From Octopus sinensis (Eukaryota), in assembly GCF_006345805.1 (NCBI RefSeq), contig NC_043003.1, positions 96,534,001 through 96,598,000 of the forward strand: a stretch of 64,000 nucleotides of DNA, read 5' to 3'. A model generated the notes under the pieces. It was not told the DNA's origin. It saw only the letters and a program-made list of their open reading frames with translations, and searched no databases. Positions 26,748 through 41,140 of the stretch are shown one piece after another (the stretch's first letter is position 1; each line of letters begins with the position of its first letter). The position numbers and the translations under genes were made by a program.

Positions 26748-27205
26748 CTGCAAAAGAGGAGTAATAAGATATGACAGATTTCTTTATGCAAGGCAAGGGC
26801 CCATTTTCTCAGTATTTCTAGAAGAGAGACCTAATTGATTAAATTAAGCTTAAAGGAAGGAAAAAAAAAAAAAAAGATGACTCCAGAGAAAATTGGAACA
26901 TGAACTGTAAAAGGGTGAAATTAAATGTTGTTGCCACTGCTATCATCATTGTCAATTTGACATCCATTTTTCCATGCTTGCATGGGTCAAACAGAATTTG
27001 TGGGAGGTTTTCTACAGTTAGATACTCCACCCTTCCTGCCCACAACCCTCACCTGCTTTTAAGTGAGGTAATATTTCTATATGGCTGGGTATGATTTCAT
27101 GGAAGATTGGAAAAGGACACCACTTAAATAACAGTTATGGTTGTTTACAACCATTTCACAATGTCAAGTCAACGAGACATATCCATCCCACACACACATA
27201 CATAC

Positions 27206-27247
<42 letters not shown>

Positions 27248-27984
27248 CACACACATACACAATGAACTTCTTTCAGTTTCCATCTACCAAATCCACTCAT
27301 AAGGTTTTGATTGTCCAGAGCTATAGTAAAAGACACTCACCCAAGGTGCCATGCCCTAGGCCTGAACCTGAAACCATGTGATTGGGAAGCATAAATACTG
27401 TGAGATACATAAACATATATACATACATAAATAAATAATGATAGGCTTCTTTCAATTTCTGCGTACCAAGTCTGCTTGCAAAGCTTTGGTCGCCCTGGGG
27501 CTATATAGTAGAAAAGACAAACCATGCAGGGGGACTAAGCCCCAAATGGCATGCTTGGAAAAGCAAGCTACTTAACTACACAATTCAAACACCAGTATTT
27601 ACTCCAGTAAAATGCTGTCCTCTAGTTCCCATGACAGCCGTGATCAAGTATACTTGAGATGAAAGATTTTTCCAGCTCTACCCTTTGATTTTTTTATATA
27701 TATATCAAGTGGAGGCACATGGCTTGGTGGTTAGGGTGTTGGACTTATGATTGTAAGATTGTGATTTCGATTCTTGAACTGAGTGATGTGTTGTGTTCTT
27801 GAGCAAAACACTTCATTTCATGTTGCTCTAGTCCACTCAGGTGGCAAAAGTGAGTAATCCTGTGATGGACTGGCATCCCATCCAGGTGGGGAATACATAC
27901 GCCATTAAAGCCAGCAAGCTGGCAGAATCGTTAGCACGCTAGATGAAATGTTTAGTGGTATTTCATCTACTGCTACGTTCTAAG

Positions 27985-28860
27985 TTCAAATGTTTACTGC
28001 GATGGAATACAAGAAAAACAGAAAGCAGAAACATGAAAGGAATATCTGGGGAAAAGAACTACACAGACAACATCTCAAACAAATGCAAGATATTGCAGCT
28101 GAGGAGGAATGAAGACTTTAATAAAGAAACAGAGGACTTATAGTTGCTGCTCAACGTCAGTCATTGCAGACGAATATTATTAAGGCAAAATTCGACAAAT
28201 CTGCAAAATGTGCAAAGTGCAGAGTATGCAATGAGAAAGAGGAATCCATTATGTACATAATAGGCTCCTATAGTCCTTTGACACAGAAGGAATATAGATG
28301 CAGATGAGACTGTGTGGCCAAGGCACTACATTGGGATGTATTACAGCAGTGAAGATTTGAGGTAGGAAGAAAGTAGCATGAACATCAACCAGAAAGTGCA
28401 ATAGAAAAAAACCAATACAAGATTTTATGGGATTTTAATGTACAGACTGATTGTGAAATTCATGCCAGGTGACTAGATATTATTGGTCTGGACATGGGGC
28501 AAAAAGAGTACACCATCAGAAATGAAGTGGTCAAAGAACAGGAGAAAATAAGAAAATACTGGGATTTGGGTATGGAAATATGATGATTGTGGCAGGTTTC
28601 TACAAAAATAATCCCTGTTGTTATAGGTAACCTAGGTACCATTACCAACAGACTTAACAGCTCCCTTATTGAGATTGGTGTAACAACAAGACATGTATTG
28701 ATTCAGAAATCTACTCTACTGGGAGCAGCAAGGATTGTAAGAAAGGTTTTTGATATCTCAAGAAACTGGTTCTGGTACAGTATAAAGGACATTGATTCAA
28801 AGTGTAAAACATCTGTGCACTCTATGATTAACAACAACAACAACAATAATAATAGTAATG
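27985..28860 (+). mobile_element. Decayed RLE-type non-LTR retrotransposon 3' end (R4/Dong-like)
   Basis: Fragments KILWDFNVQTD.EI, KEQEKIRKY.DL and KIIPVVIGNLGTI...IQKSTLLGAARIVRKVF, followed by (AAC)n(AAT)n. Confidence 0.75.
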
Positions 28861-29689
28861 ACAAAATGGCATTGGAGGGGCAATGCATACCCAGTGCGCA
28901 GATATATTTTTTCACAAATTATAATGTGGCTTACAATGCGTTACTTACCCATGCTTTTTAATTGACCTGAATTAAACTTTGTAAGAGTTTGACTAAACTT
29001 GCTTATCGAGAAATTTGTAAGTTTGATTTTTTTACAATTTTTTTTTTAAGTATCATCATTATAAGTATTTATATTCTGGTGAAATTAAGAAATCAACTTG
29101 TAAATAAATGGAACTCTTAAATCCGTCACTGTACACACAGTTGCATATGTGTGTGTGTGTGTGTGTGTGTGCGTGTGTATGTATGTATGTATGTATATAT
29201 AGATGCATGTATGTAACCCACACATGTCTACATGCATAGGTACACCGTGATCTATACACATGTAGATGAGGGTTCATTCATATGAGAAAAAAGCGAACAA
29301 AATGAAATACTTACAGAAAATATTGCATAGAATTTGAAAAGTGTTTCGAATGTCTTTCAATGATGGCAGGTGAATCAAATGTACTGTAGTTCATTGGAGG
29401 ACATAAATAATATGATCATTTGCTTATTGGGAAATTTGTAAGCTTGATTTAAAAAAAAAATTTAATATCACCATTATAGGTATTTATACTCTGGTGAAAT
29501 TAAGAAATCAACTTGTAAATAAATGAAACCCTCAAATCCATCACTACACACGCACACACAGTCACATATCTATGAGTATTTGCCAAATTTGGTGACAATC
29601 TGTTCAGCTGTTTTCAAGTAATTTTGCAAACACACAGACAAAGACTAGTGATTACAATACCCTGCTTTCACTTATGCACACAGAGTATT

Positions 29690-29742
29690 CTTCTTCTTCT
29701 TCTTCTTCTTCTTCTTATTATTATTATTATTAGTAGTAGTAC

Positions 29743-29774
<32 letters not shown>

Positions 29775-29785
29775 ATAATAATAAT
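29690..29785. repeat. Compound microsatellite (TTC)n(TTA)n(TAG)n(TAA)n
   Basis: Seen directly; forms the tail of a SINE B copy. Confidence 0.9.
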
Positions 29786-30009
29786 GGTTTCAAATTTTGG
29801 CACAAGGCCAGCAATTTTAGGATGAGGGTGTTTGTTAATTACATTGATCCCAGATCTCAAGGTAAAGTCAACTTAGGCAGAGTTTGAACTTAGAATGTGA
29901 AGAGATCGAAAGAAATTCTGCTAAACATTTTGTCATATGCAATAATGATGCTGCCAAAAAAGGTGAAAAAAGAAATATAGAAAAAGATCATTGCTTTGAA
30001 CAAACATAC

Positions 30010-30111
30010 CATTGTTAATCAGTATATGAAGAGGAAGCCTACGAGATTTGAACTCATATGCAAATTTGTGAACAGACTTCATTGAGCCAAGGTCAACTTC
30101 AAATCCTTCAA
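30010..30111 (-). CDS. DHRSX: DHRSX-like SDR, exon 4 (102 nt; not in ORF track)
   Basis: Long pyrimidine tract, ttttag|TTGAAGG...AACAATG|gtatgt, phase 1 to 1. Encodes (I)EGFEVDLGSMKSVHKFAYEFKSRRLPLHILINN(A) with the DL.S..SV and LINNA motifs. Confidence 0.92.
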
Positions 30112-30673
30112 CTAAAAAAAAAAAGAAAGAAAAAGAAAAGTATTTGATTTAAGGTAAAAAAATACTAGTGTAGACATATAGTAAAGTTGAGAGTTTGTGA
30201 CCTCTCACTGTTAAAACACACCAGTTTTGTTTCAGTTAATTTTGAAAATAATAAAGAACTTATTAAAATAACTTTGTAATTATTAATCTGGTGCTTGGAA
30301 AATAAATTTGTATGAAATGTTGATGGCAGGCTATAATTAAGATTAATTTAAAACAGGGAATATGTATCATAGATCTAGAGGCAGTTTCAGGCAGGTTGGT
30401 GGCCAAAAGATAAAGGGTAGTTAAATAGAAGTCTCATGAAATTTCTTGAAAATATTTTTGGATAGGATCGATCTTTCCTCATGCATTCTTGTCTATGTTA
30501 ACTACTTCAGACAGGCATGTTGTATGCTAAACAAGGCAAGCTAGAGGTTATCCTAGCCACCACAATATTACAAGATGTTTGTGTTCACTTATAGGTATGC
30601 CAACTGCTATTACAAAATTTGTCCATGACAGAATATGAGCTCAACATTGTGAACATACATAACACTTATCAAG

Positions 30674-33600
30674 TACATTAGTGTCAAGCTCACTTTAATT
30701 CAAAATTATGTCTATTTACAAGTTGAGAGTTAAATTATATTTGCCAGAAACACAGTTAAGTGTTAGATATCTGGCCGAGGCACATGTGAATTTTTGTCTT
30801 GAAGTACAAGTGGAAATCTGCAGTGCAAGTGAGTTTTATACAAGTGACCTATTTCTTTATTACCCACAAGGGGCTAAACATAGAGGGGACAAACAAGGAC
30901 AGACATAGGTATTAAGTCGATTACATCGACCCCAGTGCGTAACTGGTACTTAATTTATCGACCCCGAAAGGATGAAAGGCAAAGTCAACCTCGGCGGAAT
31001 TTGAACTCAGAACGTAGAGGCAGACAAAATACCGCTAAGCATTTTGTCCAGCGCGCTAACGTTTCTGCCAGCTCACCGCCATGAGAGTCAGCTCTGAGCT
31101 CGCACACACTCTACCAACAAGCACAGCCTCCACTTTATCTCATTGTGGCAGCATTCCTGCTGTGTTTTTCCCAGTGTTTTCTTTTTAATTTTGTGTGCTT
31201 TTTGCTATTATTTTATGATAATTAATAGTGTTAGCCATGGGTCCTAAAACGGTTAGTGCAAAAGACTGCTGAGAAGAAAAAGCTGATTATGATAGAATTG
31301 AAAAAGGATACCATTGATGGATGTGAGAGAGGAGTGCATGTAGTTGACATAGCATGTCAACCATCTGCACCATCCTGAAGAAAAAGGACATGATCAAGGC
31401 TGTTACAAAGCACATCTGCCCACAAAGAGATGGAAAAATTGCTTCTCCTGCGGATCAATGAGAAGCAACTTCCAGAAGGATATGATTACGGAGACCATCT
31501 GCGAGAAAGCACAAGAACTGTATGGGGATCTCCTGAAGCAGAATCCTGGAACATTGACAGAGGAGACATCAGCAGATGCATTTAAGGCCAGTTGTGGTGG
31601 ATTCAATAATTTGAAGAAGAGAACTGGTGTTCATAGCATCATCAGGTATGGAGAAGCATTGAGTTCTGACACAAAGGCAGCTGAGAATTTCTTGTGTGAA
31701 TTCCATCAGCTCATCGCAGCCAAGGGGTACATAGCATTACAGGTATTCAACAGTGATGAAACTGGCCTTTTTTGGAACAAAAAAAAAAAAGGCCCAGAAG
31801 AACCTACATAACTGCAGAGGAGAGGAAAATGCTAGGTCACAAGCCTATGGAAGTTAGGCTAACTCTCATCCTTTGTACCAAAGTGAGTGGAGACTTGAAG
31901 ATTAAGCTGCTCCTTGCCTACCATTCTGAAAACTCATGAGTGTTCAAGTTGCACAAAATCCAGAAGGAGAAGCTGCAGGTCATGTGGAGAGCAAAATTGC
32001 CAGGCAATTCTTCTCTGAATGGGTCAAACTTATCTTTGGACCAGCAGTGAAAAAGTACCTTCTGGAGAATGATATTCCTCTCAAGGCCCTCCTCATCCTC
32101 GACAATGCTCCTGCTTACTCTCCTAACTACGAAGATGATACCCTGGATGAATTTAAATTCATAAAAGTTCTATACCTTTCACACAACACCACCCCTATCT
32201 TGCAGCCCATGGACCAACAGGTGATTTCTAATTTTAAGAAATTGTACACCAAATATCTGTTTCGTCGGTTCTTTGGGTACAAATACAAATCTACCATTTG
32301 TGAGTTTTGGAAGGAGCACTACAACATTGCTAACTGTCTGAAAATCATCAATGTGGCCTGGCAGGGTGTAATGAGAAGAATGTTGAATTCTGCATGGAGG
32401 AAATTGTGGTCTGATTCTCTCTTTTCTCTTTTACTCTTTTACTTGTTTCAGTCATTTGACTGCAGCCATGCTGGAGCACCGCCTTTAATGGAGCAACTCG
32501 ACCCCAGGACTTATTCTTTTGTAAGCCCAGTACTTATTCTATCGGTCTCTTTTGACGAACCGCTAAGTAACGGGGACGTAAACACACCAGCATTGGTCGT
32601 CAAGCAATGCTAGGGGGACAAACACAGACACACAAACATACATGCACACACATATATATATACATATATACGACGGGCTTCTTTCAGTTTCCGTCTACCA
32701 AATCCACTCACAAGGCATTGGTCGGCCCGGGGCTATAGCAGAAGACACTTGCCCAAGATGCCACGCAGAGGGACTGAACCCGGAACCATGTTGTTGGTTA
32801 GCAAGCTACTTACCACACAGCCACTCCTGCACCTATTGTGTATCCAAAAGAGACTTCAAGGTGTTTGAGTCTGAGACATCAGTAGTCGAGGAGATAGTGC
32901 CTCTTGGCAAGTCCATGGGCCTCGAGGCTGACAATGGGGACATTAACAATCTTGTCAAGGAACACTCAGAAGGGCTTATGACAGATGAACTCGTGCAGTT
33001 TCAGGAATAGCAGCACTCAGGTGCAGTGGACAAGATTAGTTCCCCAGTAGAGGACAGTGTAGAGGAGAAGGCTATCTCTACAATTGACATAAAGGCAGTG
33101 TTGACAAAGTGGCAGTATGTTTCTGAATTTGTAGAAAAATATCATCCTGGAAAAGTATCTACAGGATGTGCAGCTGTTTCATTTAATGACACTGCTCTGG
33201 CACATTTTGGTAACATTTTGAAAGGAAGGAAAAAGTGGACTTCTCTTGATATGTTTCTAATGAAGTATGAAAAGTGTGAAAGTATGTCCAAAATGCCTAA
33301 ATTAAATGAAGTGTGAGAGAAAATGCCAGAAATTGTTCTTCCTGAAGTCATAATGGAAGGAGATTCTCCTTCCAAACAATAATCCGCCACATCCCTGCTC
33401 CAGCATCTTCCTTGCACACAAATTGTTTCATCTTTAAGGTAATTAAATTAATAAAACCACTTTACATATTTCTTTTGCATTCTCTTTTATTATGATTTTA
33501 CAATTGTCCTTTCCCTAGTAACTGCACCTTTTCTGTTTTAAAGCCCATAAAAAATGATTTTTGGGTGGTTTTGTGGGCCTGGGACAGATCAATTATATTC

Positions 33601-33703
33601 TAATTAATTTCAATGAGGAAAATTTATTTGTAAAGTCAGTAAATTGTAAAATGAGCCTGCTCATGGAACGAATTAAACTCATACTGCAAGGTATCACTGT
33701 ACA
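30674..33703 (+). mobile_element. Decayed Tigger/pogo DNA transposon with nested SINEs
   Basis: CENP-B-type HTH to DDE_1 fragments: FKASCGGFNNLKKR, QVFNSDETGLFWNK, ALLILDNAPAYSP, NTTPILQPMDQQVISNFKKLY. Right TIR-like end caaggtatcactg|TA at about 33690-33703; left end degenerate and approximate. Confidence 0.85.
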
Positions 33704-34145
33704 ATGTTAGATTGAATAAGGCTGCTGACCTTGCTGCAGATAGGGACCAGTGACAAGAATAGACTGGCTCGTGTTGAGTGTACAACATCTCTTAACCCTT
33801 TTACTGCCACATTTTCTGTAGAAATACATTGCCTAGTTTCAGCTAATGTTGAAATTAATGAAGAATTTAGTAAAATAGTATCGCAATTACTAAGTTGGTA
33901 TTTGGAACATAAACACGAAATTTTGATGGAAAGATTTAATTTAATTCAGTTTAAAACAGGAAATTTGTATCAAAGAATTAAAGGTAATCTCAGGCAGGTT
34001 GGTACCAAAAGGGTTAACATTGTGGTGGACTACTTCTAAGAGAAATGGAAATGGGTTCAAAAGAAGAAGAAAAATTTGATTAAAAATCTTTGATCTTTTA
34101 ATGTCTCAATTATATTAACAGAATCAAAATAATAGATCTACTTAC

Positions 34146-34214
34146 TAACTGCATCTGGTTGTTCTTTTTTGATGTCATCAATAGCTTTCTGAATGTGCTT
34201 CTTACAACGGGATG
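34146..34214 (-). CDS. DHRSX: DHRSX-like SDR, exon 3 (69 nt; not in ORF track)
   Basis: tctcttcag|CATCCCGT...GCAGTTA|gtaagt, phase 1 to 1. Encodes (A)SRCKKHIQKAIDDIKKEQPDAV, the SDR alphaC segment. Confidence 0.88.
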
Positions 34215-35178
34215 CTGAAGAGATAAATGGTACATTATCCTGAGACCAAGATAATATTTTATTTGATAACCATACACACATTTATTCAGTTTTTATAGAA
34301 AATGCATACATTTTGAATAATTCCTCAAAACTTCTGCTCTGCCTCCATACTTCTAGATGTATGTGTAAACTGATTTTTTATTTATAAATGTTTTTTTTTT
34401 CATATTTCCTTCCAGTCTCTCTAGACAAAAGATAAGGGTTACTGGACAAGCTTTATAAGGGTTAATGTTCAGCTAGGAATGTTACAGATTGGTGGAAAAA
34501 TATAGGTAGGAAGACAGTTCTAAAAGGTTCCTATTTCAATGTATGTGTGTGTGATTTGGTTTCAGGAGAACGTCATGCAGATGGTCTTCCTGTGGATTTA
34601 ATTAAGGACATGAGTATGATGAAGGCTGCCGCCACCACCACCGCTACCAGATGTGCTTCCTAACACTTTCCTAGCTTCATTTTTTTCATATCAGAGCACT
34701 AGGAAGGTAGCCATGCCTATGACAAAACTGAAGGGTCCTTTCAACTTTACATGTATGTTCACATGCTGACTTCATGACAGAGTATTCTGGATGGATTTAT
34801 ATTGTCAGCAACAATAAGTAAAGTTGTTATTTACCCTGAAAATTTGAGAGCCCCAAACACTCTAAGAAGCATTCTTTCACTTGGAGTAATATAGAAAAGG
34901 AAGGAGAAAAATTGATGATCTATACTACTATCTAAACCCCACGTAAATGTACCTTCTTGGTTTCTCTCTTAATCATTATATTTCAACCATTCCTCTTTCA
35001 AGCTCTTGTATTTCTTCTTAATTAAGTTTGTGTGGCATGTGTGTGTGCATGTGTGTGTGCATGTGTGTATGTATGTATGTCCGTCCGTCCGTCCGTCCAT
35101 CTATCCATCCATCTATCTATCTCTCTATCTATCTACCTGTCTGTCCACTTATCTATCTGTACATCTCTCTCTCTATAT

Positions 35179-35810
35179 ATAAAGGGTGCACTGAATAAAC
35201 TGTTGTCTAAATTATGAAAAAATGAAAATAACACTGATATCTCATTTTAATAGATATATTTACCAAAAGCACAAAAAAATATCTTGAAATACTAAAGAGT
35301 AAATTTATTCAATAAAATCATCATTGGCTTCAACCACAGCCTCCAGACGACTTTGAAGTCTCCTGCAACTCCTCTGGATGGTCTCCTTGTTTAAGTCGGT
35401 GAATGCTGCCATAATTCTTGCCTTCAGTTCATCTTTGGTGTTACAAGGAGTTTTGCTGGTCTCACACTCAAAGGAGTTGCAGTGTGGGGAGTTAGGTGGC
35501 CAGATGTAGGGGTGATGTAGTCACAGAAATTGTTTGACAGTTGTGACTGGGTTCTGCCTGTGTGGCATGGTGTAAAGTCCTTTTGACAGACATAGGGTCT
35601 TCCAGTAGCCACCCTCTTCACCAAGGATAGCACTACCTCCTCCAGGCACTTGATGTAGGCCTCCATGTTGAGTGTGAGGCCATGTGGGAAGATGAATGGA
35701 GGCATAATGTAGCCATCACTGGTGATCATTCCAAACACCATGATGCTAACTGGAAGTTTGATTTTTATAACTCTTGGTACATGTCCTCAGATTGACACCC
35801 AAACACTCTA
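35179..35810 (-). mobile_element. Tc1/mariner transposase remnant
   Basis: MVFGMITSDGYIMPPFIFPHGL...YIKCLEEVV...RPYVCQKDFTPCHT, a typical DDD-domain segment. Terminus TA|aagggtgcactgaataaa at about 35180. Confidence 0.8.
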
Positions 35811-36017
35811 AAATGTTTGTATTGGATCTTCCGGCGTGAATGCCAAGCAGTACAGCATGTTGATTCCAAATTTCTGGCTGAGTGAATTGCGTCGTGGTGC
35901 TGTTTTCTCATACACAGTGCTCAACTGACCCTACTAGACTGTGTAGTTGACAAAATCAAAAACAATGGGCATGCACTATAAAATAGCAACAATTTACCCA
36001 TTGCATCTTGCTTGTGT

Positions 36018-36134
<117 letters not shown>

Positions 36135-36399
36135 GGCACAGGCATGGTTGTGTGGTTAAGAAGTTTGCTTCCCAATTACATGATTTCAGGTTCAGTCCCA
36201 TCGTGATGCATCATCAGCAAGTGCACTGACCAAAGTGATGTGAATGAATTTGGTAGAGAGAAACTGAAAGACTCTCACCATATAGACGTGTGTGTGTGTG
36301 TGTGCATGCATGTGTAAAAATAGAAAATAGAAAAATCTGGCAGCTGGAACTCTCTTTTTACAAGACAATGTTCCACAATGTATTTACAGTACCAGTACC

Positions 36400-36740
36400 T
36401 CATTCCAACATTTGGGATATTTGACTGATCTGTAGAGGAAATCCACTTCATAGACGTTAAGACCTGCAAGAGACTGACATCAACAGGAAATCGCTCAAAG
36501 ACCTGGATGTGAAATGTTCAGTATACTAAAAGAAAAAGACTATGCATGGGTATGCTTCCCAAAGATGTGAAGAAGACAGTAATATCGACATGTGCAGCCT
36601 TTGTTGGACTTGTGACCACTACATCACATAACACTTCAAAGGCAATGTTGTTTTCAGAAAAAGAAATCAACAAATTAATTTACACATTACAAAGTGGAAC
36701 TGTAAAAATATGCAAGACTTTTCTTAAGTTTAAAATGTAA
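36400..36740 (+). mobile_element. Possible RLE-type retrotransposon endonuclease / C-terminal remnant
   Basis: Frameshifted IFD*SVEEIHFIDVKTCK...GTVKICKTFLKF loosely resembles restriction-like endonuclease C-termini. Confidence 0.35.
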
Positions 36741-37879
36741 CATTGCTTTTGATATCTACATTCCAACAATGGAGTTTCATATCTTTGTTGTAAAGTTGTC
36801 TCCCCAACCTTTCTTAATCAGAATTGTTCATTTTCCCCTCTCTACCATTGTTTAGCATGGACCTTACCAATTGGTTTCATACAAAGGGTGTTCTAATGAA
36901 TTTGCTAAGATTAGATTCATCTCACTGCATTGCCCTTCTATTAAAAAAAAAAAAATTTATTGATTAAAATTTGGGGGTTATTACCCCTACATTTCTTGAT
37001 CAGAATTAGCCATTAAATTATGATACTTGTGTTCATCATGGATGTCATTTTAATTAGTTATATTTATTAATTTATTATATTGTATTAACACCAACCTCAC
37101 CCCATAGAAGCTCATTCATTGGTTTACTTATGTGTTGTGAGGCTAGATTTGAGAATATTAGGCCTTACAGAAAAGGTAGCAGAGGATGAAGACAAATGGA
37201 ATCCTGTTCAAATTCATCAAAGCCAACATGAAAATAAGCTTTAAAGCAATAATAATTACCATAAAAAAAAGGAAAAAAATACCAGCTATGGAAAATTTTT
37301 CCTAAATTGTAATGTTTTCATAGATCAAGTGTCAAGAACTTTCGATCTTTTAACTCATAATTGCAATCTACTATTTAATTGAGATTAAGCTAATTGATAC
37401 CAATGTTCCTGTGATTAAAAAAAAAAACTTCCTCAAAGCTTCATGTTAATTTATACTTCAAATAACTTCTTAGTAATTCTCTCTAATTTTTTGCACAAGG
37501 CCAGCAATTTTGAGGAGAGGAAGAAGTCAATTACATTGAGCCCAGTGCTTAATTGATACTTATTTTACTGTTCCCGAAAGGATAACAGGCAAAGTTGACC
37601 CTGGTAGAATTTGAACTCTGAATGTGGAGCTGAAAGAAATAGCACTAAGCATTTTGTCTGGCATGCAAAAGATTCTGCCTATTTGCTGCCTTCCTACCAG
37701 CTTGATATTGACAGTTATTTTAATAAATTCTTCATTATTTTCAAAATTAATTAAAACTTTGAAACAATGATAGAATATTTCAACAGAAAAATCTTGAGTT
37801 TATTTCATCAAATTATAAGACTGTTAAATGACTACTCCAATCAAATCATAGATAGAAATTCAAGAATGTCTAAGTAGGA

Positions 37880-38990
37880 ATATGGAATTTTTCTGAATAT
37901 TAATTAACTATGCACATGTACGACAAAGTGCAAATGTATTGAGAGAAAAGTTGGACATAAGAGGAATCAAATGTAGCATGCAAGAGAGAAGACTATGTTG
38001 GTTTGGGCATGTGATGCATATGAATGAGGACATCTGCATAAAGAAGTGCCGATCACTGACAGTGGATGGTACCTGTGGAAGAAGGAGACCCAGGAAAACA
38101 TGGGATAAAGTGGTAAGGACTGATCTCAGGCAGTTGGACCTCATGGAGGAAATGACCATGGACCAAGATGTCTGGCGATATGAAGTTCTTGAAAAGATCA
38201 GCCCACATCAGTGAAACTGAGTTCTAGAAGCCCTTAATACCTACACTTAACAACAAAACTTCTCACACATTCTACCACAGTGAACCAAACTATGTCTCTA
38301 CATCTCTTCTCTTTCTCATATTTCCACTTCATGTACTATGATTACCTACCACTCCCCAATCTTGTCCTCTTGGCCTGGTGCCACTGTATCATTGTTCTCC
38401 GCTTGCCTCTGACCTGTATGTTCTACCCACATGCCATGTCTCATTCTATTATTGCCATCTGCCAGCCCACAACCAGGGTGTTCCACCCACATGTAACAAG
38501 AAAACTTCTCCCTCACCTTACCCCAACAAACCAGTCTACATCTCTTCTCTTCCTCACATTTCCCCCTTCGTTCACTATGCCTACCTCTCACTCCCCAATC
38601 CTGTCCTCACACCTCTGTATCATTGGTATCCAGTACCCCCTCCACCTCCATATATACTCAGGTCTTTCACAGCTTACTCGCACTTCCTTTGCAATAACTT
38701 GTCACTTATATTATGGCATCTGAACCTCAAGGGTATGTCCTGGCACTTGTTACTATCTATATCTCTCTCTTCTTTTACTCAACCATCTCATTTATACTCT
38801 GATCCCTGTTCCTTGTGAGTATGCTCGGCATTTAGCCACCATCTCCATCCTGCATTCACTCACTCTCTCTCTTTCTTTCTCCTGCAATTCCCTCAGGTTG
38901 GGTAGCCATGTATTATATTTGCAGTAGCACACCTGTTTCTGTCTTCATTCCTGATCTTTCTCTCTCTGGCTGGGTAACCATGTACTTTCT
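37880..38990 (+). mobile_element. RTE LINE 3' end with 3'UTR
   Basis: LREKLDIRGIKCSMQERRLCWFGHVMHMNED...GRRRPRKTWDKVVRTDL, a typical RTE ORF terminus. Confidence 0.85.
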
Positions 38991-40027
38991 CTACAGCAAG
39001 ACACCTGTATCTGTTTCACTATAACATTTTCATCATCACCTCCTCCAATGCCTCCTCCCCTCCTAAAAGTTTTTGTCTTGCAAGTACTTGGTAACTCTGT
39101 TAGTGCAGATGCCATTTAAAAGCACCCACACCACACTGTAAAGTGGTTGGTGTTTGGAAGGGCATCCAGCTGTAAAAACCTTGCCCAAACTGACCTTGCC
39201 TGTGCTTGCACTGACTCCAAATATTGCACACATACACACAAACATACACAAATGTCTTGTTGGTGTTGTTTAAAATTCCAATGAAGAAGCCTTGAATCTA
39301 GGTTAGAAATTGGCTCTTTCTCTATTGGCAAGAAATCTAGAAATAACACTGAAAAATAAGATACATACATCATCATGATGCTGGGATGGGTTGCATGGTC
39401 TGACATAAGCTGGCCAGGCTCCATGTCTGTTTTGGCATGGTTTCTATGGCTGGATGCCCTTCCTAAAGCCAACCACTTCACAGAGTGTACTGGGTGCTTT
39501 CATCCAGCATGCATGTATGCTAGTGCATGTCAGTGTGAATGTTTACATTCTGTACTCTCGTGAAAAAGTGCTGAAGAGCTTTGGAATAAAAAAATCATTT
39601 AGATGAAAAACAAGTAAGCAAACCATCTTACTAACAATAACTCTGAGCACCTTTTCAAACTCCATCTGTCTAACACCCATGGACATGATTACAAAGTCAG
39701 AAAACAGCACAGCTCCCATGACTTTCGGAAACATTTTTTTCACACTAAGAGTTGCTGAAGTACGGAACAAACTGCTGGCATCAGTTGTTAGTTGTCGGAG
39801 CACTGCATCCTTCAAAACTTCCATGCTTCCTGAGATTCGCCAACACTACACCTGATTTTCTCCCCTCCATACACACGCAAGCATGTATCTGACTCATACA
39901 CTGTTCACTTTCCAAGCACTTGTACATTACTGCATATGCTTTATACGTACTTTTGACAAGTTAGGTGCACCTGAGCACTCTATACAATGATTTCATGATA
40001 ATTATTATTATTATTATTATTATTATT

Positions 40028-40407
40028 AGTGGAGGTGCAATGGCCCAGTGGTTAGGGCAGCGGACTCGCGGTTTCGATTCCCAGACCGGACGTTGTGAGT
40101 GTTTATTGAGCGAAAACACCTAAAAGCTCCACAAGGCTCCGGCAGGGGGTGGTGGTGATCCCTGCTGTACTCTTTCACCACAACTTTCTCTCACTCTTAC
40201 TTCCTGTTTCTGTTGTACCTGTATTTCAAGGGGCCAGCCTTGTCACTCTCTGTGTCACGCTGAATATCCCCGAGAACTACGTTAAGGGTACACGTGTCTG
40301 TGGAGTGCTCAGCCACTTGCACGTTAATTCCACGAGCAGGCTGTTCCGTTGATCGGATCAACCGGAACCCTCGTCGTCGGAACCGACGGAGTGCTTCCAT
40401 TTCCATC

Positions 40408-40410
<3 letters not shown>
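40028..40410 (+). mobile_element. tRNA-headed SINE inserted into (ATT)n
   Basis: A box tggcccagtgg and B box gttcgattcc; flanked by (ATT)n on both sides; CpG-rich, so probably young. Confidence 0.7.
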
Positions 40411-40439
<29 letters not shown>

Positions 40440-41016
40440 GCGACAAGAAGAGCATCCAACTGTAAAACAATGCACTTTCATCTAATCCATACTAGCATAC
40501 AAAAACTGAACTGAAATGATTAAAGTCTAAGAACACATCCACCAATTCCTCTCAAAGAATAATATCCTCTTACTAACACCATCTAAAACCTTTAGACATT
40601 TTACATATACAAATAAATAACTATTGCACTATACTCTCTTAGACAGACATATTTTGTAAATAGCTCAACATCCCCGACACTGATGCTGTCTTAATTTCCA
40701 GCTCCCACCAGCACTTTCACTTTTCTTCCTCTACTTAACTGAGTTAATCCTGCCATTCCCTTTTTACTGCCTAAATCCTCATGCACCTGCCAAACATTTA
40801 GTTTTAATTCTAATTCCTAACATACTTATATTTATTATTGTATAATCTTCTCAAGTGATTGTGTGTATGTATTCACGTGTGTCTCTTCATGAAATGTCTG
40901 TCTGTCTGTCTGTCTATCTATCTTTATGTATATGTGTGCACGTGTGTGCATGTATGCATATGTGTATATACATTTATATATATATATATATGTATATATA
41001 TATAACGACGATGATG

Positions 41017-41077
<61 letters not shown>

Positions 41078-41091
41078 TATATATCATCATC

Positions 41092-41140
<49 letters not shown>

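Noticed and set aside
29010-29570. Diverged ~130-bp direct duplication (29010-29140 and 29430-29570) in DHRSX intron 4
   Set aside because: Real, but looks like two old copies or a local duplication of a small repeat, with no coding or structural signal.
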